Source: Candidatus Methanoperedens sp. | Lineage (GTDB): Archaea > Halobacteriota > Methanosarcinia > Methanosarcinales > Methanoperedenaceae | Direction: 5' to 3' | Length of the DNA: 32,000 bases | Assembly (NCBI GenBank): GCA_041494705.1 | Contig: JBGQBI010000004.1 | Coordinates: 180,001-212,000, forward strand | Shown here: positions 7,837 through 16,507 of the stretch, one piece after another | How the letters are laid out: every line of letters begins with the position of its first letter | Position numbering within the stretch: position 1 is the first letter of the stretch | Made by a program: the position numbers and the translations under genes | Notes under the pieces: generated by a model | Seen by the model: only the letters and a program-made list of their open reading frames with translations | Told to the model about the DNA's origin: nothing | The model's database searches: none

Positions 7837-8952
7837 TTATCTTTGCGACTCTTTTTCAAACATGCTCCTGAGAGCGCGCGAGGATTTAACGACCTTTTCC
7901 AGAGCAGCCGAACGGGTTTGGGCGGTTGCGAGTATTGTTGTCACCGGTTCATCCTGTGAAACGACAGTTCCCGGTCGCGGTACATCGGCTGCTCTCCCCT
8001 TTTCCATGCATCCTTTAAGCGTATCTGAGACCGTTTTGCTTATCACGGTTTTCTTATCTGCATAAACAATTGACTTGGCCGCAAAACATACAGATTCTCT
8101 TACCTCTGGAAGTTCCCCTGAAAAGGATTTGACATGCGCATCGAAAATGTTTATTCCAAATGTCGGCTCCACAGTATCCATGCTGCCCTGGAAACGCGGA
8201 TTTACCTCGATGACCACTATGCCTTTCTCAGTTTGGATAAAATCCACGCCGTTTGAACCCAGAAGTCCGAATTCAAGAGAAATCTGCTTTGCATATCGTA
8301 CCATTTCATTATTGAATTTTGAATGGAATGGCGTGACGTTGCCGCAATAAGCAAAAGGCAGCCCGGTCAATGAAGGAACGCCTATTAACTGTTCATTCAG
8401 TGCAACCACAAAGGCATCCTCCCCGTTGCTTATTATAGAGGCGCTGCAGGGTATCCCTTCAATATATTCCTGCGCTATGAATTCACGGGCATCGTTTCTC
8501 TCTTTAAAAACAGACAATTCTTCCTCGTTTCTTACGACCATGTTCCGCATCCCTCCCGAACCTGATTTTGGCTTTATCATCAGCGGGAATCCAAGTTCAT
8601 GGGCTTTGTCTATTGATTCTGTTTCAGGATGGGGAATCCCCATCGACAAAAGCTTCCCCGGAAGCTTTGATTTGTCGCTGACCTCTTCCATGACTGCCGG
8701 CGGATTGTTTAATACGTTCTTAAATTTTAATTTCTCATAACCCGGTCCCAGAATCACGGCATCGGACCCACCAAAGGGTCTCGCTAATTCTTGCAATTCA
8801 TTTTCCTGGCTGCTTTTGAAAACCAGGGATTTATCAGAGCAGTTGCATGTGTCCACATCTCCAAAACGGTCAAGAGTAAAAACCGTGTATCCGGCTTTCT
8901 TTGCCGAACATACGATACTGCGGGCGCTGTTGGCTATAACCAGCACTTTCAT
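7837..8952 (-). CDS. ATP-grasp domain enzyme (predicted carboligase, substrate unknown)
   Basis: 371-aa ORF with 'PLMIKPKSGSGGMRNMVV', 'FIAQEYIEG' and 'VIEVNPRFQGS' (ATP-grasp E-x-N Mg site). It has an ATGA start/stop overlap with the upstream trm56-like gene. Confidence 0.7.
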   Translation of the reverse strand: MKVLVIANSARSIVCSAKKAGYTVFTLDRFGDVDTCNCSDKSLVFKSSQENELQELARPFGGSDAVILGPGYEKLKFKNVLNNPPAVMEEVSDKSKLPGKLLSMGIPHPETESIDKAHELGFPLMIKPKSGSGGMRNMVVRNEEELSVFKERNDAREFIAQEYIEGIPCSASIISNGEDAFVVALNEQLIGVPSLTGLPFAYCGNVTPFHSKFNNEMVRYAKQISLEFGLLGSNGVDFIQTEKGIVVIEVNPRFQGSMDTVEPTFGINIFDAHVKSFSGELPEVRESVCFAAKSIVYADKKTVISKTVSDTLKGCMEKGRAADVPRPGTVVSQDEPVTTILATAQTRSAALEKVVKSSRALRSMFEKESQR

Positions 8953-9482
8953 TTGCTTATTACCTCTTTGCCTCTTTTTTTGGGAATAATCTCAATCTCG
9001 CCCCCTGTAAATTGCGTTTTCAAAGCGTCCTTCCCCTCTGCAGCCTTAAGCCTGTCAAGAATTATGGCAAGCGCCGCGACCTCGGAGTGCGGCTGGTTTC
9101 CCACAGCCACGTTCCAGTCTGCAAGTTCGTACATCTCAGGCGGAACTTTCTCTGCGCCGACTACAATCATAAGATTCTCCGCATCCGCCGCTATTTGCGG
9201 TATCGCATCCGGGAGATTGACGCCGTACATGGTTAGATGCAGCACCTTCCCGCCTGCTTCTTTCCATTTTTTAATCTCACTTTTCCAGCTTGCAATCCTT
9301 CTTACATAGAACGAGCCGCCCCACCTTGCCGCTGCCTCGTTCAGGCTCTTCTCGATGCCGCTGTCATCAGAATCAAGGAGCATGCCCTCTGCACCCAGGG
9401 CGCGCGCCGTGAGTGCAACATGAGTGGTTATCCTCTGGTCTCTCTGGATGCGGTGGCCGAGACGGAGTATTGTAATTCGCAT
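8949..9482 (-). CDS. tRNA (cytidine56-2'-O)-methyltransferase, aTrm56 (SPOUT)
   Basis: 'MRITILRLGHRIQRDQRITTHVALTARALGA' is the characteristic aTrm56 N-terminus. The ORF track starts at 9536, but I place the start at the ATG at 9482, 18 codons downstream, which gives that canonical N-terminus. Confidence 0.8.
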   Translation of the reverse strand: MRITILRLGHRIQRDQRITTHVALTARALGAEGMLLDSDDSGIEKSLNEAAARWGGSFYVRRIASWKSEIKKWKEAGGKVLHLTMYGVNLPDAIPQIAADAENLMIVVGAEKVPPEMYELADWNVAVGNQPHSEVAALAIILDRLKAAEGKDALKTQFTGGEIEIIPKKRGKEVISK

Positions 9483-9604
9483 AGGTTTGACGTGAATATA
9501 CATGCGGGCATTTAAATTGATGCCCAAAAAGCCCAATCAAAAGTGTTATATGAAGCCACCACCATAAAAAACCATTCAATTATCACGATTAAACGAGGAA
9601 TTTT

Positions 9605-10009
9605 ATGAGCGAAAAAATTGGAATACTGGCACTCGGGCATGGAAGTAAACTCCCCTATAACAAAGACGTGGTGACAGGGGTTGCCGGGCTTATTGCGAAG
9701 AAATACAGGAACGTGGTCGTCAGGACCGGTTTTATGAATATGAACAATCCCACAATGAAGGAAGGGCTTGACGCTTTCAAGGGTACGGGCGTGACCACTA
9801 TCGTGGCCGTCCCTATTTTCCTGGCGCATGGCGTTCATACCACGGAAGACATACCCCATATCCTTGGCGTAAGCCGCGAGGACAGGAAAACCACGATAAA
9901 ATTAGATGGCAGGGATGTAACGCTTGTATATTCGGAACCGCTCGGCGTTGATGAACTGGTCGCTGAACTGGCATTCAAGAGGGCACAGGAAGCCCTTTCA
10001 TCGAATTGA
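9605..10009 (+). CDS. cfbA: small CbiX-type sirohydrochlorin chelatase (CfbA-like nickel/cobalt chelatase)
   Basis: 134-aa ORF with 'GILALGHGSK' and 'FLAHGVHTTEDIPHIL' (CbiX-S His motifs). It is directly coupled to a Mur-ligase-like gene, as in F430 biosynthesis clusters. Confidence 0.7.
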   Translation: MSEKIGILALGHGSKLPYNKDVVTGVAGLIAKKYRNVVVRTGFMNMNNPTMKEGLDAFKGTGVTTIVAVPIFLAHGVHTTEDIPHILGVSREDRKTTIKLDGRDVTLVYSEPLGVDELVAELAFKRAQEALSSN

Positions 10010-11367
10010 TGCATTTTAAATCCTCATCCAGAGTAGCCGTTCTTGACCTGACACACGGCGGCGCGGTAATAGCCCGGAAGCTCAAGGATATTGTAAGCGA
10101 AATTGCTGCGGTTGATGTGTATAAGACGCTGGGCGCAGGAGAGTTAGACGCTCTGGAAAATTGCGGCATAAGAACTTCCCGCGAACCGCTGGACGCATCT
10201 GATTTTGACATCATAATTGCCCCTGTGCATCTTGATTCCAATTATCCCATGCTCAAGGATGCACTTTCGAATAATATACCTGTTTTATCGCATCATGCAG
10301 CGGTAGGGCAGATTTTATCCGGGTACAACCTGAAAAATAAAACCCTGGTTGAAATAACAGGCACGAAAGCAAAAACAAGCACAGCAATCCTGCTTGCCGG
10401 GATTTTATCCGTGGAAAAAAAGGTGGTATCACACACAAGCCGCGGCATTGAGGACTGGAGTGCTGGAAAAGTAATCAAAAAAGGGTTGAGCATAACGCCT
10501 GCAAGCGTCCTTTCGGCGCTTGACGTTTTGATAGAGTCGGGCATTGAATTTGACGTGTTCATATCGGAAATTTCACTTGGCGGGACAGGCTGTGCCGATA
10601 TCGGAGTGATTACCACAATAGCCAATGACTATAAAATAGCCAGTGGCACAAAGCTGGCAAGCGACGCAAAGCGCCAGATGATACTTAATGCAAAACCCAA
10701 AAGTTCGGTAGTGGTAAACAACGATGCTTTGAGGTTTTTCGGGGCATGCAGAAGGGACTTGAATATTATTTCCTTCACTGATTCAGTCGATGCCTCATGC
10801 AATGTTTATTACGAGGACGAAAAAACAATAGCGTATTACGTTGATAAAAAACACGGCAGGATAGCTCTCCCTGAAGCGCAGGGTTACGATATGACCGCCT
10901 ATAAAACCGCATTTGTGTGTGCAACTGCCGCGGCTCTCGCGATTAATACCGGCGCCGATGCCATCGGGCATGCGCTTTGTGAATTTAGCGGCGCCGAGGG
11001 GCGCATGAAAAAGACCACCTTTGACGGAAGAACGCTGATAGATAACTCAAATTCAGGGATGGACGTCAGGGCTGCTGAAAAGGCTCTCGATTTTTCAAAA
11101 GTGGAGGGGGGTAGAATCGTCATGGTGCTCGGCGAGGAGGCAAAAGAAGTATGCGAAGGGCTTGACCCCTCGGGTGTTGAACAGTTCATCCAAAAGCACC
11201 TCGATGAACTTGCAGCCCTTGTGCTTGTGGGAGAAAGAATGAAGCCGCTTGTTAATACCGGAAATAATATCCATTATGCCATGAGTCTGGCAGCCGGGAT
11301 TGAACTTGCAAAAAAATTGACGCATGAAAAGGATATTATTTTATCCTGTGTGAAGTGTTTCAGGTAA
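10009..11367 (+). CDS. cfbE: Mur-ligase-family protein, probable coenzyme F430 synthetase (CfbE-like)
   Basis: About 452-aa ORF with N-terminal 'VLDLTHGG' and the Mur-ligase P-loop 'ITGTKAKTSTA'. It is adjacent to the CbiX-S gene. The ORF track uses TTG at 10006; the ATG at 10009 overlaps the upstream TGA by 1 nt (TGATG). Confidence 0.6.
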   Translation: MHFKSSSRVAVLDLTHGGAVIARKLKDIVSEIAAVDVYKTLGAGELDALENCGIRTSREPLDASDFDIIIAPVHLDSNYPMLKDALSNNIPVLSHHAAVGQILSGYNLKNKTLVEITGTKAKTSTAILLAGILSVEKKVVSHTSRGIEDWSAGKVIKKGLSITPASVLSALDVLIESGIEFDVFISEISLGGTGCADIGVITTIANDYKIASGTKLASDAKRQMILNAKPKSSVVVNNDALRFFGACRRDLNIISFTDSVDASCNVYYEDEKTIAYYVDKKHGRIALPEAQGYDMTAYKTAFVCATAAALAINTGADAIGHALCEFSGAEGRMKKTTFDGRTLIDNSNSGMDVRAAEKALDFSKVEGGRIVMVLGEEAKEVCEGLDPSGVEQFIQKHLDELAALVLVGERMKPLVNTGNNIHYAMSLAAGIELAKKLTHEKDIILSCVKCFR

Positions 11368-11373
11368 TTAAAT

Positions 11374-12294
11374 ATGGAACTTAAAAGACCCATCAAACAT
11401 GCGAAGATTGGACGTGACATGACCGTGAGCGAGCTTGTGGAGGCGTTTTCCGGCTGCGCTTTCGGGGCCGGGCGCCTTTTTGAAGCCGTGGATATTTACA
11501 GGGAGATGGTCAAAGACCGGGAATGCACGAAGTTCTTCGGGCTTGCGGGCGCTATGGTTCCCGCCGGAATGAGGCAAATTGTAAGCGACATGATAAGGGA
11601 CGGGGAAATCGATATTCTTGTCACCACGGGCGCCAATCTTGTCCATGATATCATCGAATCCATGGGACTTCACCATTACAAGGGAACTGACGTGGCAGAC
11701 GATGTGCAGCTAAAACATGATGCCATAAACCGCATCTATGACGTGTTCCTCCCCGAGCATCATTTTACGGATTTTGAGGAGAAGCTGCAATCGATTTTTA
11801 AGGTAATCCCGGAAAACCTGTCGATAACCGAACTTCTCTCGCACATCGGCGCAAAACTGGACGATGACAACTCTATACTCAAAAGCGCCTATGACATGGG
11901 CGTTCCCGTTTACTGCCCCGCTATCCAGGATTCGATAATTGGTTTGCAGGCATGGTTATACAAACAGACAAAGCCGCTCAACGTAGATGTATTTGCAGAT
12001 ATGCGGGGATTGATTGACAGGTGCTACGAGGCAAAACGCGCCGGCGTTATGATAGTGGGCGGCGGTGTTCCCAAGAACTTCATCCTCCAGTCCATGCTTG
12101 TCACGCCGAGGTCTTTTGATTATGCCATCCAGCTTACCATGGACAGGCCCGAAACCGGCGGGCTCTCAGGCGCCACGCTTGATGAGGCGCGCTCGTGGGG
12201 AAAAATCGGTGAGAAAGCGAGGTCTGTGACTGTTTATTCAGATGCCACCATCACGCTTCCCATAATTGTGGCTGCGGCGAAAAGTGGGAAATAA
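11374..12294 (+). CDS. dys: deoxyhypusine synthase
   Basis: 306-aa ORF with 'ILVTTGANLVHD', 'GGGVPKNFILQ' and 'GATLDEARSWGK'. These are typical of the archaeal DHS family. Confidence 0.9.
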   Translation: MELKRPIKHAKIGRDMTVSELVEAFSGCAFGAGRLFEAVDIYREMVKDRECTKFFGLAGAMVPAGMRQIVSDMIRDGEIDILVTTGANLVHDIIESMGLHHYKGTDVADDVQLKHDAINRIYDVFLPEHHFTDFEEKLQSIFKVIPENLSITELLSHIGAKLDDDNSILKSAYDMGVPVYCPAIQDSIIGLQAWLYKQTKPLNVDVFADMRGLIDRCYEAKRAGVMIVGGGVPKNFILQSMLVTPRSFDYAIQLTMDRPETGGLSGATLDEARSWGKIGEKARSVTVYSDATITLPIIVAAAKSGK

Positions 12295-12305
12295 ATAAGA
12301 TCAAA

Positions 12306-12854
12306 TCAGATAATCTTATTATCTCCCATCAATTTTTGCGTAGATATCCAGAAGCATATGACCGTAAAAGGATAGGTTACGAGCCAGCCCACAGCGAGAA
12401 CTCCCCCGATACTGTTAATCACCAGCAGGATAACCCCGAGTATTATCGAGAATTGAAAATTTTCCCTTCCGATCCTGTAGCTCTTCTTGAGTGAATCAAT
12501 TGCCCCGAGGTTCTCTCCAATCGCGATAAGGATCGCATACTGGAAAAGGAATAATAGTATCAGCCCGGGTATAATGAGAAGAATAAGCCCGGCCAGTATC
12601 GCCAAACCGCCGATAATAGCCATCACCCAGCTTACAGCGAAGTAATCAAAACCCTTGAAAACGTCTTTTATTTCCACTTCTTCACCACGAATGATCTTCC
12701 GTCCCATAATGTAGAGCCCGAAGAGCAATGGTGGCGCCGTGATAATCAGAATCGAACCTATTGCCGCGACAACTGTTGCAACAATAAATACGGCGAATTG
12801 TTTCTTGTATATGTCGAAACCTTCACTTAAAATATCTTCCACTTTCAAATTCAA
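12306..12854 (-). CDS. integral membrane protein, function unknown
   Basis: 182-aa ORF with about 4-5 long hydrophobic segments (for example '[31 protein letters not shown]' and '[21 protein letters not shown]'). Confidence 0.6.
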   Translation of the reverse strand: MNLKVEDILSEGFDIYKKQFAVFIVATVVAAIGSILIITAPPLLFGLYIMGRKIIRGEEVEIKDVFKGFDYFAVSWVMAIIGGLAILAGLILLIIPGLILLFLFQYAILIAIGENLGAIDSLKKSYRIGRENFQFSIILGVILLVINSIGGVLAVGWLVTYPFTVICFWISTQKLMGDNKII

Positions 12855-12946
12855 AGAATCAACTCCAAGCCAATATAATCCCCGACAAATTATATAGTTT
12901 TTCTATATAGTTTATCCTGTTAGTATTCTTACCGAACACCATGTAA

Positions 12947-13108
12947 TCATTTTTTTGTTCTTATGCGCGCCCCGGGTTCACCGCTACAAGTAAAAGGCTC
13001 TATCTCCACTTCTGACCCTTCTTTGAGTTCTAACTTTTCACATATCTCCACTGGTATGGTAATTACCAGGTTTTTACCGGATTTGCGAAGTTTTACTACT
13101 TCACCCAT
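12947..13108 (-). CDS. unannotated AbrB/SpoVT/MazE-type small DNA-binding protein (53 aa)
   Basis: Hand translation gives MGEVVKLRKSGKNLVITIPVEICEKLELKEGSEVEIEPFTCSGEPGARIRTKK*. The segment 'KSGKNLVITIPVEICEKLELKEGSEVEIE' has the typical swapped-hairpin AbrB-like pattern. It starts 16 nt after the stop of the radical SAM gene on the same strand and is below the ORF-track cutoff. Confidence 0.6.
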   Translation of the reverse strand: MGEVVKLRKSGKNLVITIPVEICEKLELKEGSEVEIEPFTCSGEPGARIRTKK

Positions 13109-13124
13109 ATTATCACTCTATGGC

Positions 13125-14270
13125 TCACAACCGTTTCATCATTATCGCCATTATCCCCGGCTTTGCATCCCTCACAGGCTCTGACGGAAACCCAAACATC
13201 GGCATACCTCCGCCTCCCAAAAACTCCTTCTCCCACCGCTCGGTTATTTCCTTGAATATCCTCTTATAAGCAGTACAGTGGGGATCGACGCCCTTTATTT
13301 CACAATCCGTAGGCGCCATGGCATTATAGGGGCATCCACCCCGGCAGAATTTGATGTATTTGCATTCCCCGCAATTCTTGTCCACATATTCCTTGAACTG
13401 GAACATGAGTTTCCATGCATGAGAATTCGCAAGGTCTTCCCTGCCCGGATGGTCATGAACATTGCCCATCACATATTTTGGCAAGCCGACAAAGCGGTAG
13501 CATGGATATATGCTCCCGTCAGGCCCGACCGCAAAGGTATCCCCCATGCAGTCCACGAAGGTGCAGACGGTGCCCCGGCTGGTGAACACGCATTTGCACA
13601 GGTGGTCAATATTCATAAGTTCAATCTTACCCATGTTTTCCAGGTATTTATCAAGAAGATAAACTAACAATTCCCCGTACTCTTCGGGGTCAAGCGCCCA
13701 TTTCCCTGGGTTTTCGGAACGTATCGATGGCAGTGCTGGATGCAATTTAAAATTCAAACCATTCTTTAGGAAAAAATTGAAAATATCCTCTTTTAACTTT
13801 ACGGAATGAGAGGTAAAGGTACAGATGAAACTCACCTTGAGACCCGCAGCCTTTGCAATTTCATAGCCCCGCATGGTCTTCTTGTAGTATCCTTTTCCTC
13901 TCTGGAGGTCGGTAAGCTCTTCGGGACCGTCTAGGCTTGAACCGATGGGAATATTATACTCAGCCAGGATTTGTGCTATTTCCGGCGTCATTTTCCAGAG
14001 ATTGGTCTGCAGGGCAAAAGCCGGTTTCAGATGAGCTAAACCCCGGGCGAGCATGGGCAGCGCCTGCCTGTAAAAATCCGCGCCTGCAAGGAGCGGCTCA
14101 CCGCCGTGGAAAGTAAATGTAACCGGATCTTTGCGGAAATCTTTTAGCCATTTAACCGTTTCTTCGATGGTTTCAATGCTCATTATCGGAGAACCTTCCT
14201 CGGAACTCCAGCAATAACTGCATTTGGAAGGACAGCCCAGCGTAGGGATTATCATCACGTGAAAAGCCAT
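13125..14270 (-). CDS. radical SAM enzyme with C-terminal SPASM-type auxiliary cluster domain
   Basis: 381-aa ORF. 'GCPSKCSYCW' gives the CX3CX2C radical SAM motif. The Cys-rich C-terminal region 'CGECKYIKFCRGGCPYN ... CTAYK' fits SPASM/anSME-like maturases. Confidence 0.85.
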   Translation of the reverse strand: MAFHVMIIPTLGCPSKCSYCWSSEEGSPIMSIETIEETVKWLKDFRKDPVTFTFHGGEPLLAGADFYRQALPMLARGLAHLKPAFALQTNLWKMTPEIAQILAEYNIPIGSSLDGPEELTDLQRGKGYYKKTMRGYEIAKAAGLKVSFICTFTSHSVKLKEDIFNFFLKNGLNFKLHPALPSIRSENPGKWALDPEEYGELLVYLLDKYLENMGKIELMNIDHLCKCVFTSRGTVCTFVDCMGDTFAVGPDGSIYPCYRFVGLPKYVMGNVHDHPGREDLANSHAWKLMFQFKEYVDKNCGECKYIKFCRGGCPYNAMAPTDCEIKGVDPHCTAYKRIFKEITERWEKEFLGGGGMPMFGFPSEPVRDAKPGIMAIMMKRL

Positions 14271-14446
14271 AAAGCTCCTTGTTTTGACCTTCTTTAAACT
14301 ATTAATAGTTTTGCTGTAATTTCCCGGATGTGTAGTCCTGAATGAATAAACACTCTAAAGACGTACTTGAACAATTGAAGAAGTGGGAGAAATTGCTAAA
14401 TTCAAACGAATATTTAGCGTTTAAAGTTATATAGTCAGATATCGTT

Positions 14447-14794
14447 TTATCTTTTTCTTCTTGGTTTCTTAGGGCTATTTATTATTGTTGAAGTATTCTT
14501 AGAATCAACTACATTAATCACATTCCCTTTAGTTTGAATAACCTGAGTAATCTTTTGTTCTTTTTTGCGGCGAGGCTTACTTTGTTCTGCGGGATTTTTT
14601 AAGATGTACTTCCCCAGTTGTATCGTGATTTGACCAATGAAATCAGGTTTCCACAAACTTCCCCCGCCCAATGCCCCCAAAAATAATCCAATAGCTAATG
14701 TGGTGGGATTCCAACTACTACCAATTATAAAAAATATAGCAAGTAGAATACAAATCAACCCTGCTGCGTAGCCTTTTGTAGTTGAATCTTCCAT
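14447..14794 (-). CDS. small membrane protein with basic C-terminal tail, hypothetical
   Basis: 115-aa ORF with two hydrophobic helices ('AAGLICILLAIFFIIGSS' and 'LAIGLFLGALGGGSL') followed by a K/R-rich tail. It sits in an AT-rich patch next to a tRNA gene. Confidence 0.5.
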   Translation of the reverse strand: MEDSTTKGYAAGLICILLAIFFIIGSSWNPTTLAIGLFLGALGGGSLWKPDFIGQITIQLGKYILKNPAEQSKPRRKKEQKITQVIQTKGNVINVVDSKNTSTIINSPKKPRRKR

Positions 14795-14889
14795 ATGTAG
14801 GTAAAATAGTAAACCAAATATATAAAACCTCTTTCAAGGTTTTGGGGAGAAGTCGCTATAGTTTTTGCTCGGTCTTTGTAAAAACGAAG

Positions 14890-14963
14890 CGGGCTGGGAG
14901 GGATTTGAACCCACGGCCGTCGGATTAAGAGTCCGACGCTCTGCCTGTCTAAGCTACCAGCCC
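14890..14963 (-). tRNA. tRNA-Lys (anticodon CUU)
   Basis: Hand-folded cloverleaf on the minus strand. Acceptor GGGCTGG/CCAGCCC has 7 bp. D arm is GCTT-AGACAGGCA-GAGC. Anticodon arm is TCGGA-CTCTTAA-TCCGA (anticodon CTT). The variable loop is CGGCC, the T arm is GTGGG-TTCAAAT-CCCTC with one U-U mismatch, and the discriminator is G. CCA is not encoded. Confidence 0.8.
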
Positions 14964-15025
14964 AATAGAAAGGGCTTTCCTCTAATAATGCTATCTAAAT
15001 ATATACATTTCGCAGTTACCATATC

Positions 15026-15415
15026 ATGAAAATTGCACGCGATACATTAAATTTCATACTCGAAGTCTGCAAATCCTCATATCCAAAAGAGTTTGCAGGC
15101 ATGCTTTCCGCAGATGGCGATGTCATAACAGACGTCGTGGTCGTCCCCGGAACCGAATCAACAGATGAAAGCGCGGTGATGCAATTATTCATGCTTCCCA
15201 ATATACGCACCGTGGGAACAGTACACAGCCATCCAACAGGCGACACAAGACCATCAGCCGCCGACCTTGAACTGTTCGATGCAAAAGGCAGCATACACAT
15301 AATTGTGGGCGCGCCTTACACTATCACAAGCTGGACATGCTACAATAAAGAGGGAAAACCTGTCAAACTTGAGATAGTCGATTACGAGTTTAAAGAAAAA
15401 GAAGAAAACTGGTAA
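15026..15415 (+). CDS. JAB1/MPN/Mov34 (JAMM) metalloprotease domain protein
   Basis: 129-aa ORF. 'GTVHSHPTGDTRPSAADL' gives the H-x-H-x7-S-x2-D JAMM zinc motif, and an upstream Glu occurs in 'YPKEFAG'. Confidence 0.8.
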   Translation: MKIARDTLNFILEVCKSSYPKEFAGMLSADGDVITDVVVVPGTESTDESAVMQLFMLPNIRTVGTVHSHPTGDTRPSAADLELFDAKGSIHIIVGAPYTITSWTCYNKEGKPVKLEIVDYEFKEKEENW

Positions 15416-15844
15416 TTATTTTTTCTTCCGGGTTTCTATATCTTTTTTAAGCCAGGGACCGACATCAGCCCCATGAGTAAGGGCTTTCAGGTCATCTTTT
15501 AAGTTAGCGGGCTTGACTTTGATTAACCAGCCCTCGCCATAAGGGTCTTTTGCAAGGAGACCGAGTTCATCCTCAATGTTTTCATTTACTTCAATAACCT
15601 TGCCGGATACGGGCATCAATAGCCCGCCCACCCATTTTGCAGACTCAAGCGAGCCGAATGCCTCACCGCTTTCGAACTCATCATCTTCCATCGGAAGGTC
15701 TATGAACTCGATATTGCCCGCAGCTTTTGCACCATAGGCATCCATGCCCACTGTCACATTGCCATTGTCTTCTACCTTTGCCCATGTGTGATCTTTAGTA
15801 TAATACAGCTCATCCGGAAGATTATATCCCTCTATTTCGACCAT
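15416..15844 (-). CDS. glycine-cleavage H-protein-like lipoyl carrier
   Basis: 142-aa ORF with 'YTKDHTWAK'. 'SLESAKWVGGLLMPVSGKVIEVN' matches the ES-x-K lipoyl-lysine motif followed by PvsG-V. Confidence 0.8.
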   Translation of the reverse strand: MVEIEGYNLPDELYYTKDHTWAKVEDNGNVTVGMDAYGAKAAGNIEFIDLPMEDDEFESGEAFGSLESAKWVGGLLMPVSGKVIEVNENIEDELGLLAKDPYGEGWLIKVKPANLKDDLKALTHGADVGPWLKKDIETRKKK

Positions 15845-15889
15845 ATTTTTTCCTCATTTAATTCGTTAATAACATTGTCATATATATAC

Positions 15890-16306
15890 TTAATTATCGG
15901 CATACCGTTCGCGCTCTTTTGCGATTAATCCGGTATAATAATCCACAGCCTCTTTCACTTTCATGACCAGGCAAAGCTCTCCTTTTATTTTTACGAGCCA
16001 TTCGCTGTACGGGTTCCCATTGATGATGTTGGGGTCTTCCCAGAGTTTTTCATTGATTCCCGTGACCTCGGCGTCGAAGGGGAGTGATATCTGCGAGACC
16101 GCTTTTATGGTTTCATACGCCACAAGCATGTCCCCTTTTTTGACGGATTCCCCGATTTCGGGCAGGTCTATGTGCACTATTCCTTTGGAAAGTGACTGGC
16201 CGAGTTCTGTTATGCCGATGAGTATCTCGCCCTTTTGCGGCTTCAGCCATACGTGGTTTTTCATGTAATACCTATCATCCGGGAATTCAAACTCATAAGC
16301 CTTCAT
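15890..16306 (-). CDS. second, divergent GcvH-like lipoyl-carrier paralogue
   Basis: 138-aa ORF with 'YMKNHVWLK' and 'AYETIKAVSQISLPFDAEVTGINEKL'. The lysine is retained at the lipoyl position. It is in tandem with the previous gene. Confidence 0.7.
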   Translation of the reverse strand: MKAYEFEFPDDRYYMKNHVWLKPQKGEILIGITELGQSLSKGIVHIDLPEIGESVKKGDMLVAYETIKAVSQISLPFDAEVTGINEKLWEDPNIINGNPYSEWLVKIKGELCLVMKVKEAVDYYTGLIAKERERYADN

Positions 16307-16380
16307 GGTGCTTACAATTTGAAGAGAGGTATAAAATACTTTTGCAGGGCAGTGTGTTTAAAATCTTTTGGTTTGGAAAA

Positions 16381-16445
16381 CCACAGAGGGCACAGAGTTC
16401 ACAGAGAAAAGAGGCAACTCTCTGCGTTCTCTGTGTACTCTGTGG
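16381..16445. repeat. imperfect hairpin built from CACAGAG heptamers
   Basis: The left arm gcacagagttcacagagaa (16390..16408) matches the reverse complement of ttctctgtgtactctgtgg (16427..16445) at 17 of 19 positions. The loop is 18 nt. An extra ccacagag unit lies at 16381. Confidence 0.7.
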
Positions 16446-16507
16446 TAAATTATCCTAACTTTGATTTCGTTGACCCAGAAAAGTCTCTTAAATTTCGCTT
16501 AAAGTAA

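Noticed and set aside
9483-9536. The upstream 18 codons of the trm56 ORF (MGFLGINLNARMYIHVKP).
   Set aside because: The conserved aTrm56 N-terminus begins at the internal Met (MRITILRLGHR). The extension runs into the divergent promoter region shared with cfbA.
6692-9859. Numerous 60-170-aa ORFs overlapping the LigD-PE, nth, ATP-grasp, trm56 and cfbA genes on the opposite strand or in other frames. Examples are 6692..7006, 7016..7315, 8791..9309 and 9512..9859.
   Set aside because: Each is nested in a gene with clear family motifs. Their composition (Ser/Arg/Cys-rich) and lack of any recognisable motif indicate shadow ORFs.
14342-14434. 30-codon plus-strand ORF (MNKHSKDVLEQLKKWEKLLNSNEYLAFKVI) upstream of the radical SAM gene, as a possible RiPP precursor.
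   Set aside because: It is on the opposite strand to the enzyme gene. It has no Cys/Ser/Thr-rich core or recognisable leader, no convincing RBS, and is easily explained by chance in AT-rich DNA.
14280-14963. tRNA-Lys next to an AT-rich patch carrying a small membrane-protein gene, as a possible tRNA-targeted integrated element.
   Set aside because: There is no integrase gene, and I could not find a second copy of the tRNA 3' segment (ggatttgaaccc...) in the window. The patch is only ~600 bp.
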